Positions 31,826 to 45,924 of a stretch of 64,000 nt of DNA are shown here, piece by piece. The stretch's first letter is position 1, and every line of letters starts with the position of its first letter. Location of the stretch: positions 22,754,001 through 22,818,000 of the forward strand of contig OZ024759.1 in NCBI GenBank assembly GCA_964016885.1, given 5' to 3'. The notes beneath the pieces are model-generated. The model made no database searches. It saw only the letters and a program-made list of their open reading frames with translations, and was not told the origin of the DNA. This DNA comes from Eledone cirrhosa (taxonomy: Eukaryota). Made by a program: the position numbers and the translations under genes.

Positions 31826-32634
31826 GCTACTACTACCTTATTTTATCGACCCTGTAAAGATGATGTTTAACAACCACCTCCCGTCGACATCAGCTTTACT
31901 TTTCATCCTTACGAAGTCGATAAAATACAGTACCAGTAACGACTGGGGTCGATTTAATCGACTTTCCTCTCTCCAAAAAATTGTTGGCCTTGTGGCTAAA
32001 TCAGAAACCATTATCATTAATACAACAGAGTCAGAAACGGAAGAGTTCCCCACAAAATATCTCACAGTATTTAGCTTCAACCATCGAAGTTCTACGTTCA
32101 AAATACAACAATTTCGCTGCCTCTCCCCTATTAAAACACTCATATACACTGTTATTTCACCATGATCACAAATACAAATTCTAAAACGCTCATCTAAAAA
32201 GCTTATTCAATGATATCACGATATGAATACCAGCCAATCCGTCTCAACACAATCTCTGTATCGAGTAAAGTTTAATGTACGCCACAAACAAACTAAGGAC
32301 CTCCACGTGGTCATTTGACTTGCTATAAATAACAACAAAGTATAATTTATCTCCCCCGAGTCGTTTACAACACGCTTAAATAACGCAGAATACACAGGGC
32401 AATGTAGTCTACTATATACAAACAAAGAAGCTGAATCGTAACGGATGGAAATCGTTTGATTATAGATCTGATCGAACAGGATGACATGGTGACTACATCA
32501 GAGGTAGACTGGCCACATGAGTGATTGGTCTGGTGGGTCACTGGGCTAGGTATAAAACAAAAACAGCTGAAAAAAATGGCACGAATATCTGAAATGAAAA
32601 TCACTGCATCAGAATTGAAACGAAAATGGAACGC

Positions 32635-33085
32635 ACCATAGCTGAGCAATGAAAACACACCTCTGGACATGAACAGTCACTGTCACCCGAGGTCCATAAT
32701 GATAACACACCTGTGGTCCTCAGAAATCTTGCTTATAGTCAGTGTCGCCTTATCTGAGCAGTGAAATCACATTTCTTGCCCTCAGAAGTCTTCATGAGTG
32801 TCACTTTAGCTGAGCAATGAAAACATGCATCAGGACCTCAACAGTCTGTAGGTCAATGTAACCTGAACTCAGCAATGAAGATATATCTGTGGCCCTTAGC
32901 AGTCTGTTAGACAGTGTCACCTTAGCTGAGCAAAGAAAATACACCTCAAGCCCTCAACAGTGTAATCTTAGCTGAACAGAGAAAACACCCCTATGGCCGT
33001 CAACCGTCTGTCTGTCAGTCAGTGTAACCTTAGCCGAACAGTGAAAATACACCTCTGACCCTCAGCAGTCTGTTAGACGATGTCA
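32635..33085. repeat. Degenerate ~60-bp minisatellite (~7 units)
   Basis: Recurring CTTAGCTGAGCAATGAAAA..CACCTC..GCCCTCAACAGTCTG..AGTGTCAC. Confidence 0.75.
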
Positions 33086-33301
33086 TCAGGATGCCCTGGA
33101 CCGGATTTGTGGCCCGGTTCGTTTGTGCTACACAAGAGCAAATTCAAGATAGTAAAAAAGGTTATGTGTTATTGTGTCCCCCCCCCCCCCCCCCCAATCC
33201 AATATAGGATTTAAGCATTTCAAAATTCACTCTCTGGACATAATATTCGCGGATAGAACGCATTTGACAAAAGCTCTGCAGGATGAGGAATAGCCCAGGG
33301 C

Positions 33302-33333
<32 letters not shown>

Positions 33334-33429
33334 CACCAAAAAACGAAAGATAACAATCAATATCTATATCATCATGTCACGTTCCAGCAACTGGTACCGC
33401 CACTCTAGATGTGCCACTGCTGCAGCCTT

Positions 33430-33720
33430 TCGTTAGGGTGCTACTCTAACCGCTTTCGTAGTTAGCCGTCGCCACTCCATCATGTGTAGAAGGGTCTCTT
33501 GCGTTGTGACCAGTCCAGGTTTTATTGTTGTCGGACCAACCAAGATTTTCTTTGTCTGCCTCTCTTTCGCCCTCCTTTGACATTTCCCTGAAGAATGCTT
33601 TTGGACAAGAAGTTGTGGATGGATACATGAACATACCAGAAAAGCTTCCGTCTTTTCACCACCGCAAGGAGTGGTTCCTGTCTGCCAGCACATTTGTTAA
33701 CTTACTACTTAACAAAATCC
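33430..33720 (-). mobile_element. Old RTE-clade LINE 3' remnant
   Basis: Fragmented frames give WMYPSTTSCPK / GKCQRRAKERQT / WSDNNKTWTG, resembling the RTE 'G.VEG.R.RGR....W.DNI..WT' terminus. Confidence 0.45.
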
Positions 33721-33974
33721 ATATATTCCAAGATGTTCCAATTTATTGATCGTATATGATCACAACCACAGTTCTAGAATGTTCATCTATAATATTGTTT
33801 AATGAAATAAACATGTCTGCTAATCCGTCTCATCTCAACCTCTACACATAGAAAAAGTATTGAATACCACCAACTTACTAGGACGTCGTTACATGGCTAC
33901 AGAACTTGCTAGAAAAAGTAGCAAAACTTCCCCCCCCCCAGGAAGCTAAATATTTAAAATATAATGCACCGTGT

Positions 33975-34240
33975 GGAGGTGCGTGGCCTAGTGATAATGT
34001 CGTGGGTTCGATTCCTGGATGAGATTGGGTGTTGTGTTCTTGATAAAAAAATACTTCATTTCACGTTGCCCCAGTAGACTGAATTGAAAATGTGAAACAA
34101 CAATAGCTGACAGTTTAACCCTGCGATGGACTGGCGTCTTGTCCAGGGAAGTTTTGTGATCTGAGTGGCTAAACGCTACGAAAAAACAGGATTAACATCA
34201 GCCTCATGAGCCTCCGGGTTCGAGACAGACTACGTGTTTC
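33975..34240 (+). mobile_element. SINE family B variant with AACCCTGCGATGGACTGGCGTC 3' domain
   Basis: A/B boxes (TGGCCTAGTG, GGTTCGATTCC), CORE-like segment, and a 3' domain also seen at 2148 and 54143. Confidence 0.7.
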
Positions 34241-34688
34241 AGATCCACCATTTTGTTCTAATGGTAATCAAATCAACAATAATGGCAGATAAAATATAAA
34301 TTGCTCAACCTAATGTTTGCTAATGTCAAATCTCTCTTTACAAATTTTCAACCTTTACCTTTATAAAATTGGATGAAATATAACAATAAGAAACGGCACC
34401 AATAACCACTCGACATATTCCCTACCGTTTTAAGGTAGAATACCACAAACACTGTATAGAAGCTGGCATTTACAAGCAGACACTGCACCTCCTATACCAG
34501 TGGTGCCCAAAATGTGCGTCTTGGAACGGTAGTGAGCCACGAACAATCGATATTCTAGTTCAACATGTGGAACAATATAAATCGAAGTACGCAATAAAGT
34601 TATGTATGACTGTAAAAGTGGAGAAACAAATAAACTAAGAATGAAAACAGCGCCACAAACAGCAAACATAATTTTTCATTGACAGATT

Positions 34689-35290
<602 letters not shown>

Positions 35291-36161
35291 GAGTGTTTGT
35301 AGTGACAAGCGGTAACAACACGAATGAACCGATGAAAGGTTAAAGATACTTGTAAACGTATTCAGGATTATGAATGTATTTTCAACCACAACAATGCTCT
35401 CCCTTGCCTCATGTTTCAAAATATTGCTCGTTCTTTCACTTTTAACCTGTAGTGAATCTTTTAATGTGCTGCTGCGCTCTAATTGACCATATTAAACCAT
35501 AGCAAGGCCCCTAGGATTTCTGATATTTTGGGCCCTCTCTGGAACTTCAGTCTTTCACCCAACTATAAAAAAAAACAACTCCAAAACGGACGGACTTCCT
35601 AGTCCCTGCGGGTCGTGAAGGCTTCACACTAGTCAGCCTTATGAATAATACGACCCTCACCTTTAGATGTTCTAAACAAGTTAGACAAAATCTTTTCTTC
35701 TTTCTTCTTAGCGAATGACGCAAAGCTTCGTTAATACATTACGATGTCTATTTATTTTTAATGGTATTTTAATAATATTTTATCTCGAAAGAGACAAATT
35801 TCAAGGCTACTTAACTTCGATTATTTCAAAAGAACACGTGTATCTGGCTGTATTTTTTAAAAAAGGAACATTCGCATTAAATTATTTTAAGAAAAAAAAA
35901 TAATAAACAAAAATGAAAAAACAAAATGACATGAAATACACTTGACATAAAATGACAATGTTATTAGTACTGTTAAAATGGTAATTTTTTTTTTCTTGGA
36001 GAGAAAAAGAACGGAAAAGAGAAAGACAAAAAAAAACAACACAATAATCACAACACCTGAAAAAAAAGAAGAAATATTGGGTCGTCAAGTATGAAATTTG
36101 CATAAAACATTAACAAACTTTGTTTTTTCTACAAATTTCATATTTGACGACATAATATATA

Positions 36162-36473
36162 CCGTATTTGCCAGGGTATTGGACGCACTATAAAAAAAAA
36201 TATAAAAAATCTTTCCTGCATCCAATACGTCCGTATCTCCGATGGAAGGCCGAATTGAGAGTGAGGACAATCATGGTTTAAAAAAATTTAGTTTATATTA
36301 CTAATACACAAATACAATTTATATAAGCAAATTGATGTCGAAAAATCATTGAAATAATTTTTAATAAATATATGAAGAAATCTACTAAAATTCTTTTTTT
36401 CCCCCTGAAAATGTTCTTGTAAAACCAGTGGGCGTCTTATACTAAGAGGCGTCCAATAGGCCAGCAAGTACGG
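36162..36473. mobile_element. Non-autonomous Tc1/mariner-superfamily (Tc2/pogo-like) element
   Basis: TA|CCGTATTTGCCAGGGTATTGGACGC ... GCGTCCAATAGGCCAGCAAGTACGG|TA: imperfect TIRs with TA TSD and subterminal GCGTCTTATA repeat. Confidence 0.7.
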
Positions 36474-36549
36474 TAAATAAAAATCCAACAATTTTCATAT
36501 CTGGTGAAGCTAGGATTGTTCAAATTGTCCATTTGTATATTTAGAACCT

Positions 36550-37980
36550 ATCGGCGGCGAATTGAGAGTCGTAAGGATGTCGGATAGAATGCTTTGTGGT
36601 TTTAGTTCCGACTCTCTGCTCTCTGAGTTCAAATCCTGCCGAGGTCGATTATAAAAGTACCAATCAAGTACTGGGGTCGATTCTTCCTCTATACCTCTTT
36701 CTCACTTCTTTTCTCTCACTCTCTATCATTCTCTTCTCTGGAAGAAATCTGCTGAATTCAGCCGTGGAGAGGAGAGAAGAGATGGGTTTCACCAGGTTTT
36801 AAAATGCCCTGGAAACACCGTATGTCAATATGACGCTTCTAGACCTCCCCCAGGAGTTACGGGTTACGGGTTACGGGTCCATACATTCATATATAGAACG
36901 CAAAGAGCCGCTTTATACATTACTATACACATATCTTGTACATTAAGTTATTGGAAGCAAATTTAAACACTTTTCATTCAGAGTCCGAATCCTGCCGACC
37001 CACTATCCCCAAAGAAAAAGAAGTGGCTTTTTGCTTAAATTAGAAACCATTATTTTATAGGGCGGCGAACTGGCGGAGTCGTTGGAATGTTGGATAGAAG
37101 GCTTTCTGGTATTAGCTTCCGCATCCTGCGCTCCAAGTTTATATCCCACCGAAGTCAACTTTGCTTTCAATATTTTTTTTTTTCTGAGGCCGATAAATAA
37201 ATTATCAGTCCAGTACTGGAGTGAATTCATTATCTGTATCTGTGTGGATTGGGCGGTGGATTGGCAGTATCAGTAGAGAGTCGGACGCCATGCTTTCCAG
37301 CATAGTTACGTCCCTTTACGATCTGAGTTCAAATCCCGCCGAGGTTCACTTTGCCTTTCATCCTTACGGGGTCGGTAAAATAAAGTACCAGTAATGCACT
37401 GGATAATTGCTGGCCTTGTGCCTAAAGTAGAAACAATTATCTGTATCTGTGTGGATTGGGCGGTGGATTGGCAGTATCAGTAGAGAGTCGGACGCCATGC
37501 TTTCCAGCATAGTTACGTCCCTTTACGATCTGAGTTCAAATCCCGCCGAGGTTCACTTTGCCTTTCATCCTTACGGGGTCGGTAAAATAAAGTACCAGTA
37601 ATGCACTGGATAATTGCTGGCCTTGTGCCTAAAGTAGAAACAATTATCTGTATCTGTGTGGCATTTTCTCCTGTTCTATTTCCCTCCTTTTATGAAAGAA
37701 TTTGACTCTATTCAAACCTTGAAAGAGGTGATGGCTTCACCAAGGTTAAACACCTAAGACACGCCGCATGTCATAACGATGACCCTACGTTTCCACCAGG
37801 AATTCAGAGCTCATGTCACGGCATTATCATTTTGTTTGGCAGTAGCGGTGGAGGGTCGGACGCCATGTTTTTCAGTATAGAGTTAACTTTGCCTTTCATT
37901 CTTACGAGGTCGATAAAATAAAGTACCAGTAATGTACTGGGATAATTGCTGGCCTTGTACCAAAAGTAGAAACAATTATT
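36550..37980 (+). mobile_element. SINE family A cluster including an exact 207-bp tandem duplication (37229-37661)
   Basis: ATTATCTGTATCTGTGTGG at 37229, 37436 and 37643 with identical SINE bodies between. Further copies at ~36550, ~37060 and ~37840. Confidence 0.85.
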
Positions 37981-38826
37981 ATTTTGTGTCGTTATAAAGT
38001 CTTTCTATTATATTCTCAAATCATCCAAACAACTTTGGAGATTTGGGATTGTTTGTTTGTGAGATTAGAAAAAAACATTTGGAAAATCTGGGGGAAAAAA
38101 AACCCCTCCAAAAATTAGTAGAAATCTGCAGAAAATTTCTGTCTCGCGTCACGGAGAAGGTACCTCAACTGTGACACCAGAGATTTAATAGCAATCCTAT
38201 CGATACGATACAATCAATCCAACGTCCATGTTTACATTCAATACAATATTCAATTAAATATTATTTAAAAAAATGTGTATTTGAACAATCCTACCTTAAT
38301 GAATAATGAATATAAAGTAAAGAATGGTTTCAATAAAATGAATTAAATCAAATATGACTCAATATTGTTATTATTACTGCCTTGAAAAAAAAAAAAAAAA
38401 TATATAACTATTATTTTTCTCTCATTGTTATTATTCGGGTTAATAAACAAAGAATAAAGTCAACTGACTCACCCCCTCCAAATCCAATAGGTTTGCAAAA
38501 CAGTGAAGATTTTTCAAGAAATTCCAAAGGTTCTCTCTTGGGGGGTCCCTGGAATGAAAATATGTACACAATTATATCCACGGGTCTAGATAAGAGTAAT
38601 CGCAAACTTCATATTCGTGTACTAAAAAGACTCATAACATGAGTGCAGGTACATACACCTACACACACACACGCACACATATATATACACACACACACAC
38701 ACACATATATATACACACACACACACACACATATATATACACACACACACACATATATATACACACACACACACATATATATACACACACACACACATAT
38801 ATATACACACACACACACATATATAT

Positions 38827-38887
<61 letters not shown>

Positions 38888-38890
<3 letters not shown>

Positions 38891-39062
38891 GGAGTAGGTA
38901 AGACCCCGACGGCTGAGCTCAAGCCGTTTCGAATTAGCCGTCGAAACGGCTTGAGCTCAGCCGTCGGGGTCTTACCTACTCCTATTACCCACTCTACTAC
39001 CCTAAGTATTGAGTACTTTGGTGCGTTATGGTCCACCTGGTTCCTTACCACATTTCCTTCGT
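38888..39062 (+). mobile_element. Hairpin-plus-tail element family H1 copy 3
   Basis: Perfect 45-bp arms 38888-38932 / 38941-38985, 8-nt loop, same tail, (TA)n on both sides. Confidence 0.78.
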
Positions 39063-39893
39063 TATATATATACCATTATATTTATATATATATATACACA
39101 CACCATTATATATATATATATATATACACCATTATATATATATATATCTTTTTACTTGAGCTCCCCTCCCTCCTCCTAAATTAAATATTTAACTTTAACT
39201 TGATAAATAAATATCCTTCTCAAGTCTTCCCATAATTATCTCCTGTTATATTACGTTAACTTAATAAGAATATAAACTAGGAAAAAATATATCTGTAGCA
39301 ATCTCAGAACACATGAATATATATATACAAAATATCAGATAATATATGAATATATATAAATTATAAAAATAATATCTATGAAATATCAGAAAATATATAT
39401 AAATATATATAAAATTATCAAATCATGTATTGACAAATAATAAGAAAATATGTAGACACGTATATAAACATACTTTCCTCCCATTATTTCTCCTCTCTCT
39501 TCACACACACATATATATATATGTACTAGATATAGATATATACACACACACACGCATACATATATATGTACTACACACACACACATATATATGTACTACA
39601 CATATACACACACACATATGTAGTACACATATATATATACACCTGTATACATATATATATATATATATACATACATATACATACATATATATGCACATAT
39701 ATATATACCTATGTATATAAATACATATATACATACACACAAATACACACACACAAACATATATATATATATATGCACATATACATACACACAAATACAC
39801 ACACACAAACATATATATATATATATATATGCACATATACATATACCTATGTATATAAATACATATATACATACACACAAATACACACACTCA

Positions 39894-39929
<36 letters not shown>

Positions 39930-39945
39930 CACATAAATACCCCCC

Positions 39946-39977
<32 letters not shown>

Positions 39978-40274
39978 TACAAACAGAGTGTCTTGTTACT
40001 AGAGTAATTAATTAAAAACTGATGTAGTTGCAGTACGTTTTCTAACAAGAGACAAAACAAAAAATACTATGTCAACTTTAATTAAATCTTTTCTTTAATA
40101 ACTATTTTTGATTTCATCACAGTATTATATTATAACTTCTTGAGATATCGATTGGCTTTAGTTTGTTAAAATTTCATTAATTTGTTAACACTTGTTAGAA
40201 GTAGAAATTTCCTTAAACTTTGATATGAATTTGCGCGTCATAGCCTTCATTCTGTTTAATTTTCTTGACTGTGT

Positions 40275-40925
40275 TTGCCCTCTCCGTCTGCTTCCCTGTG
40301 GGTTCCATTTAAGTACTTGGTTCGCCAGTCTCTCCGGGGGAAGTCTCAAAACGTGCCCAAACCAGCCCAGGCGTCGCTTGCAGACGGCAGAAGAGACCAG
40401 CTGCTGGTTGGTGCGGTTCCTGACTTCTTGGTTTGTTACATGGTCACTCCATTTAATCCCCAGGATCTTTCGCAGACACCTGGAATCGAATGCGTCCAAC
40501 TTCTTCTCTTGGCTGGTCTTAAGGTGCCATGTTTCACTTCCATACAAGAGTGTGGACAGCGCGTTGCTGTTGTAGAATCTCATCTTTGTTTTGAGGGTGA
40601 ACTTCCTGCTCTTCCAGATCTTGACAAGCTGGTTAAATGCTGCTGAACCCTTTCCCATTCTACATTGCAGTTCACTGTCCATGGCGCCCCCATTGTCAAT
40701 GGAGCTTCCTAGGTAGGTGAAGTACTTAAATGGAACCCACAGGGAAGCAGACGGAGAGGGGCGACCCAAAATGGTCTGGCGCCAGGCAGTTGAGAGGGAC
40801 CTGCGAGCGACAAACAGACAATGGCGGGACGCTGTGCAACTGGCTGCTGACCGAACGCGGTGGAACACTATGATTGCCTCATGCGTCGCAAGACGCGGGA
40901 GCTTCTGAGTCTGAGTCTGAGTCTG
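40275..40925. mobile_element. RTE-clade LINE with 5' inversion
   Basis: 40275-40720 minus encodes FTYLGS..ELQCRMGKGSAAFNQLVKIWKS..LSTLLYGSETW..RLGWFGHVLRL. 40720-40925 plus encodes the C-terminus and ends in (CTGAGT)n. Same family as 10669. Confidence 0.88.
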
Positions 40926-41059
40926 CGCTCTCATTGAAATGGCTTCAACTTGTGTATAATACATATATGTGTAAAATATGTATATTATATATATACTTAT
41001 TATATATATATATATATATATATATAATTATAAAATGTGAAGAAGGAGCACACGAGTTG

Positions 41060-41107
<48 letters not shown>

Positions 41108-41111
<4 letters not shown>

Positions 41112-41883
41112 ATAGGGAGAAAAAGACGATTATTAGGAAGAAAAATATTTTTTTTCCTTTTATTTTTTCTCTTTTTTCTGGGTTAGAAAATGTTTAATAC
41201 AAAATATTTTACTTTGTGTGAAGTGTTAAGGTATTAGTTAATTTATTTATTAATTAACAATGGCATTTATTTATTTATTTATTTATATATTTAATAATTG
41301 TGTATTACTGGTTTTAGCATTTTATGCATTATCAAAGGGGGGAATTTGTATTGGTATAAAATGTTGGAGAGAAAATAAAGTGATGTTGAACATGTTAAGG
41401 AAATGGGAAAGAAAGAATAATATTATTTACAAACAAGGTTTTTGAAGTAAAAAGAAAAAAAAAAAAAAATGAGGGGTGATGTGGAACATGATAAGGTAAT
41501 GAGAAAGAAAAAATATTATTTCCAGGCATAGTTCTTGACGATAAGCAGTTCAAAATGTGTTATTATGGCAAGATCGCATGGTTGGTCCATAATAGAGGCA
41601 AATGGCAAATATGATTTCCCTTTTTATTTTCTCTCCAACATTTTATACCAATACAAATTTCCCCCCTTTGATAATGCATAAAATGTTGAAACCAGTAATA
41701 GACAATTATTAAATATATAAATAAATAAATAGATAAATGCCATTGTTAATTAATAAATGAATTAACAATTCACACAAAGTCAAATATTTTGTTTTACCAT
41801 TTTCTAACCCAGAAAAAAGAGAGAAAAATAAAAGTAAAAAAATAAATTTTCTTCCTAATAATCGTCTTTTTCTCCCTATTTTC
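41108..41883. mobile_element. Foldback/MITE with ~270-bp terminal inverted repeats inserted in (TA)n
   Basis: GAAAATAGGGAGAAAAAGACGATTATTAGGAAGAAAA ... TTTTCTTCCTAATAATCGTCTTTTTCTCCCTATTTTC. Arms ~41108-41380 / ~41620-41883, symmetric ends, no tail. Confidence 0.8.
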
Positions 41884-42249
41884 ATATATATATATATACA
41901 AATTTTACATATATTACTATTTTCTTATACATGTGTACACTCACACACGTATATACATTTAAATCTCTCTTTCTCTCTCCGTATATATATATAAAGAGAG
42001 AGAGAGAGAGAGATGTGTGTGTGTGTGCCTGTATGTGTAAAAGCTAAAGACCACCTTAGGCTAAGAATGAACATTTATAGTTAATTCAATTTACAGCGTA
42101 ATTCGTATTTTCTCGCATGTTTACATGTCGTCCTATCTACATATTAAAAAATGTATATTTATATACACATTGTTACAGATATAACTTTATTACACACACA
42201 CATGCATATATATATAATAATTATGGTTTTATAAATATAGTTTCCATAA

Positions 42250-42295
<46 letters not shown>

Positions 42296-42296
<1 letters not shown>

Positions 42297-42815
42297 TATA
42301 GAATTCACAAGAATCAAAGCTATGTTCAAAACATTTATTCGCTGACAATTGTTTCTTCCAAACCTAGACTTGAAATCTTCGGAGCATGTTTAATGTTTGT
42401 AGATATAATTGACCTCCTACCCAACGCAATGTATTTTAATCTTATTTTTAAATTTTGAATTTAATTTGAATTACTGTACAAATATAGAATAGTATATTAT
42501 ATGTCGCATCAACTCCACACTGTACATCAATATATATATATATATATGTATATGTATGTCTCTTGCGTTGGGTAGGAGGTCAATTATATCTACAAACATT
42601 AAAAATGCTCCGAAGAATCCAAGTCTAGGTTTGGAAGACACAATTGTCAGCGAATAAATGTTTTGAACATAGCTTTGATTCTTGTGAATTCTATATTACT
42701 GCTCTGTAAAACAACTGATGTTCTTACATTGAGCTATTTATCTTACTGGTAATAAGGTAATAATAAATTACTGACCTTCCCTGTTTATAGTTTAAAATAT
42801 AGATAGTATCCTTAA
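42296..42815 (+). mobile_element. Inverted pseudo-LTR pair plus tail with a hammerhead in each arm
   Basis: ~134-bp arms 42296-42429 / 42563-42696. Tail begins TACTGCTCTGTAA. (TA)n flanks. Confidence 0.78.
42341..42385 (-). ncRNA. Minimal hammerhead motif, variant core CCGAAGA (sister copy + 42607-42651 with GAAA>GACA)
   Basis: gct-CCGAAGA-tttcaag tctagg tttggaa-GAAAC AATT GTC-agc, followed by AATAAA. Confidence 0.68.
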
Positions 42816-42818
42816 TAT

Positions 42819-42850
<32 letters not shown>

Positions 42851-42995
42851 AATATATATGGTGTATTTTTAGTTAAACCACCGACCGTGCTTCAATAGTT
42901 ATAGTTGATTAAATAGGGAAATTTGAATTTGCAACACCTCACTTTTATTACTGAAAATATACCAGTCATTGATCACACACACACATACACGTAGG

Positions 42996-43029
<34 letters not shown>

Positions 43030-43227
43030 TGTATGTATGTATGTATGTATGTATGTATGTATGTATGTATGTATGTATGTATGTATGTATGTATACACAT
43101 ATATGTATGAATGTGTATGTAGACATATGCATAAGTACAGACACACACATATATATATACAAATATGTGTAAATATATATACACACATATATATATACAT
43201 ATATGTGTATATAATGTATGTATGTAT

Positions 43228-43260
<33 letters not shown>

Positions 43261-43811
43261 CATAAATATACACGTAGAAAGAAGTGTCTGCCTCAATGTG
43301 TACTTGTGATTATATATATATATTTAAAACAATATATATTTAAAACAATATATATATATATATATATATGCATATATACCCCAAATACACACACATATAT
43401 ATACATACATTATATATATATGTATGTATATATATGTGTGTGTATGTGGGGTATATATACATACATATATATATGCATTTATATATAAGATAAACAGAGA
43501 TGGTGATATCTTGCAGCAACTATCATTAAAAACATGACTGTCTCTTTACAATTGTATTATTTTCAATTCTTTTGTTTACTTAGAACTTCTTTTAGCAACA
43601 TGTATTAGTTTGTCTGTTTGTTTCTATATCTGTTGCGTCTTTCAATCTCTTTCAAAAATATCCACTCAGAAATCATATGAGGAAAATAAGAGGGAAAAAA
43701 CGTTGAATTGAGGTTTATGACAAAATTGTAGAAATCGTGATTTTAATTACACACAAACATATAAATCGGTCATACGCGGTGCATGTATGTATATACACAC
43801 ACACACAAACG

Positions 43812-43871
<60 letters not shown>

Positions 43872-44160
43872 AAGAAAAAAAGATGAAATCGAAAATGCAA
43901 CTGGAGTCTTATTTAAAAAAAATATATATTTATTTATTTGGTTCCTTTACCGGTTTCGCAGTTCTTCTGCTTTTCAAATGTAGAGTTGAGATGGAGGGTT
44001 TGTTGTTTTTCTCACATCAGATGTGAGAAATGAATAAGAATACTGCGATAGAGCGCATGATGAAGTAGCAACAAGTATATATTTTTAACGGATACATTTT
44101 CGCATTGCAAATTCTATAAAACTTATATCACTTGTATCATTAAACATAGCTCATTCAATA

Positions 44161-44214
<54 letters not shown>

Positions 44215-44339
44215 GGTATCCACTGTAAGTTGTGGGGTCTATTCTGTATGAAGAACTCAATGTAATCCATATGTTGAAAATGTTGTAGGTTAAGATAAAT
44301 CTCAGAAAACAATAAAACATTAAAAGGAAAACAGAGTCA

Positions 44340-44384
<45 letters not shown>

Positions 44385-44614
44385 AAAGAATAGAGGTGTA
44401 ACACACAAGTTATTATATATTGGTAAACGGAATAGAAAATGCTGACAAATTGTTCACAGTTGAAAAATGGTTTAATTAGGAATAAAAGAGTATTAGTGAT
44501 TGTATGGGTTAGTATTCAGTTGTGGTTTTAAGTTTTTAAGTTTTTACCGGTTGCGCATTTCTAAATGCTTTTCAAAAATAATTTTGAGATAGAGTGTCCG
44601 TGCTGTTTGCTCCC

Positions 44615-44650
<36 letters not shown>

Positions 44651-44949
44651 CATACATACGCACACACAGAGCCAAACACACATAGAACAAATTAGACATG
44701 CAACCATAAAATACTACTTATTTATTGTCCGCCAAAAAGTAAAAACTTTCAAAGAACGCTAATGTGAAAACGTTGCGCTACTATAATTATCTAACTCATT
44801 CTCAAGAGATGGCGTTCTCGGCAGGTTGTCTGCTTCGAGATGCTTTCATCACTTTATTATTTATTCACACTGCAAATACGAAGGAATATACTGACATACG
44901 GAATGAGATGCCACAGGAACGAAATCGTGAGCACCTCTGGCACGTAAAA

Positions 44950-45425
44950 CATTCCCAGAACAATTATGTAACATGTAGGCAACTATAACCCCTATAAAGA
45001 ACATGTGGCAACACGTGGGCAACTATAAAGCTATGTTAACCAATGTAGAGAAGATGTGGCAACATGTGGGCAACTATAAAGATCTGCGAACCATTGTAGG
45101 GAACAATCAGCCAACATATTGGCCACTACAAAGACCAGCGAACGGTAAACGAACAACCAAGGACATTGTGTGCAGCTATGAAGATCTGTTAACCACATCT
45201 AGGCAGCTATGAAGGCCTACTAACCGTAAAGAACACCCAAGGAACATGTGTGCAGCTATGAAGGCCTGCTAACCACATCTAGGCAGCTATGAAGGACTGC
45301 TAACCGTAAAGAGTAACCAAGCAACATGTGGGTATCTATTAAGACATGCTAACCACTGTAGAGAACATGTGGCAACATGTAGAGGACAGTGGGCAACTCT
45401 GAAGACTTGCTAATCACTGTAGACA
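44950..45425. repeat. Degenerate minisatellite (AACATGTGGGCAACTATAAAGA-based units)
   Basis: Recurring GCAACATGTGGGCAACTATAAAG / GCAGCTATGAAG..CTGCTAACC. Confidence 0.7.
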
Positions 45426-45469
45426 TTAAGAACTAACAACTACGTAAAAAGAAAAAAAAAATCAAAAAA

Positions 45470-45720
45470 AAATTAGATGGCACATTCACGTGACAAGATC
45501 TGATATAATGGTTACGTCCATCTTCCAAAGAAAAGTTCAGGGAAATAGAAGGCAAGGAGGTCAGAATAAAAGAAAAATGCGAAAGGGACAACATCATGGA
45601 ATTGACTGGTACAGATTAGATGATAGCATTCACAAACTCTTGGCTCGTACTAGGGTTGAAGGGAAGTGGTACACACAACGTCCCCTTGCAACTGGAGCAT
45701 TAGGTCAGTAACGGTAAGTA
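45470..45720 (+). mobile_element. Old RTE-clade LINE 3' remnant
   Basis: RWHIHVTRSDIMVTSIFQRKVQGNRRQGGQ resembles the RTE 'W.GHV.R......ILQG.V.G.R..GR' motif. Confidence 0.5.
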
Positions 45721-45864
45721 GATTGTTCACCACCTCACCTGGTGGCAAGTAAAGAAATCGTTATCTATGATGATACTAGTAGCATTACCCGACCTTGTCA
45801 GGGATTATTAACACATAGAGTGAATTTAACTATATGAATTTACAATATTGGGATAAACTGATTT

Positions 45865-45924
<60 letters not shown>

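Noticed and set aside
40185-40964. 259-aa ORF as a host gene
   Set aside because: Chimera of antisense RTE 3' end, inverted RTE ORF and flank, created by the inversion.
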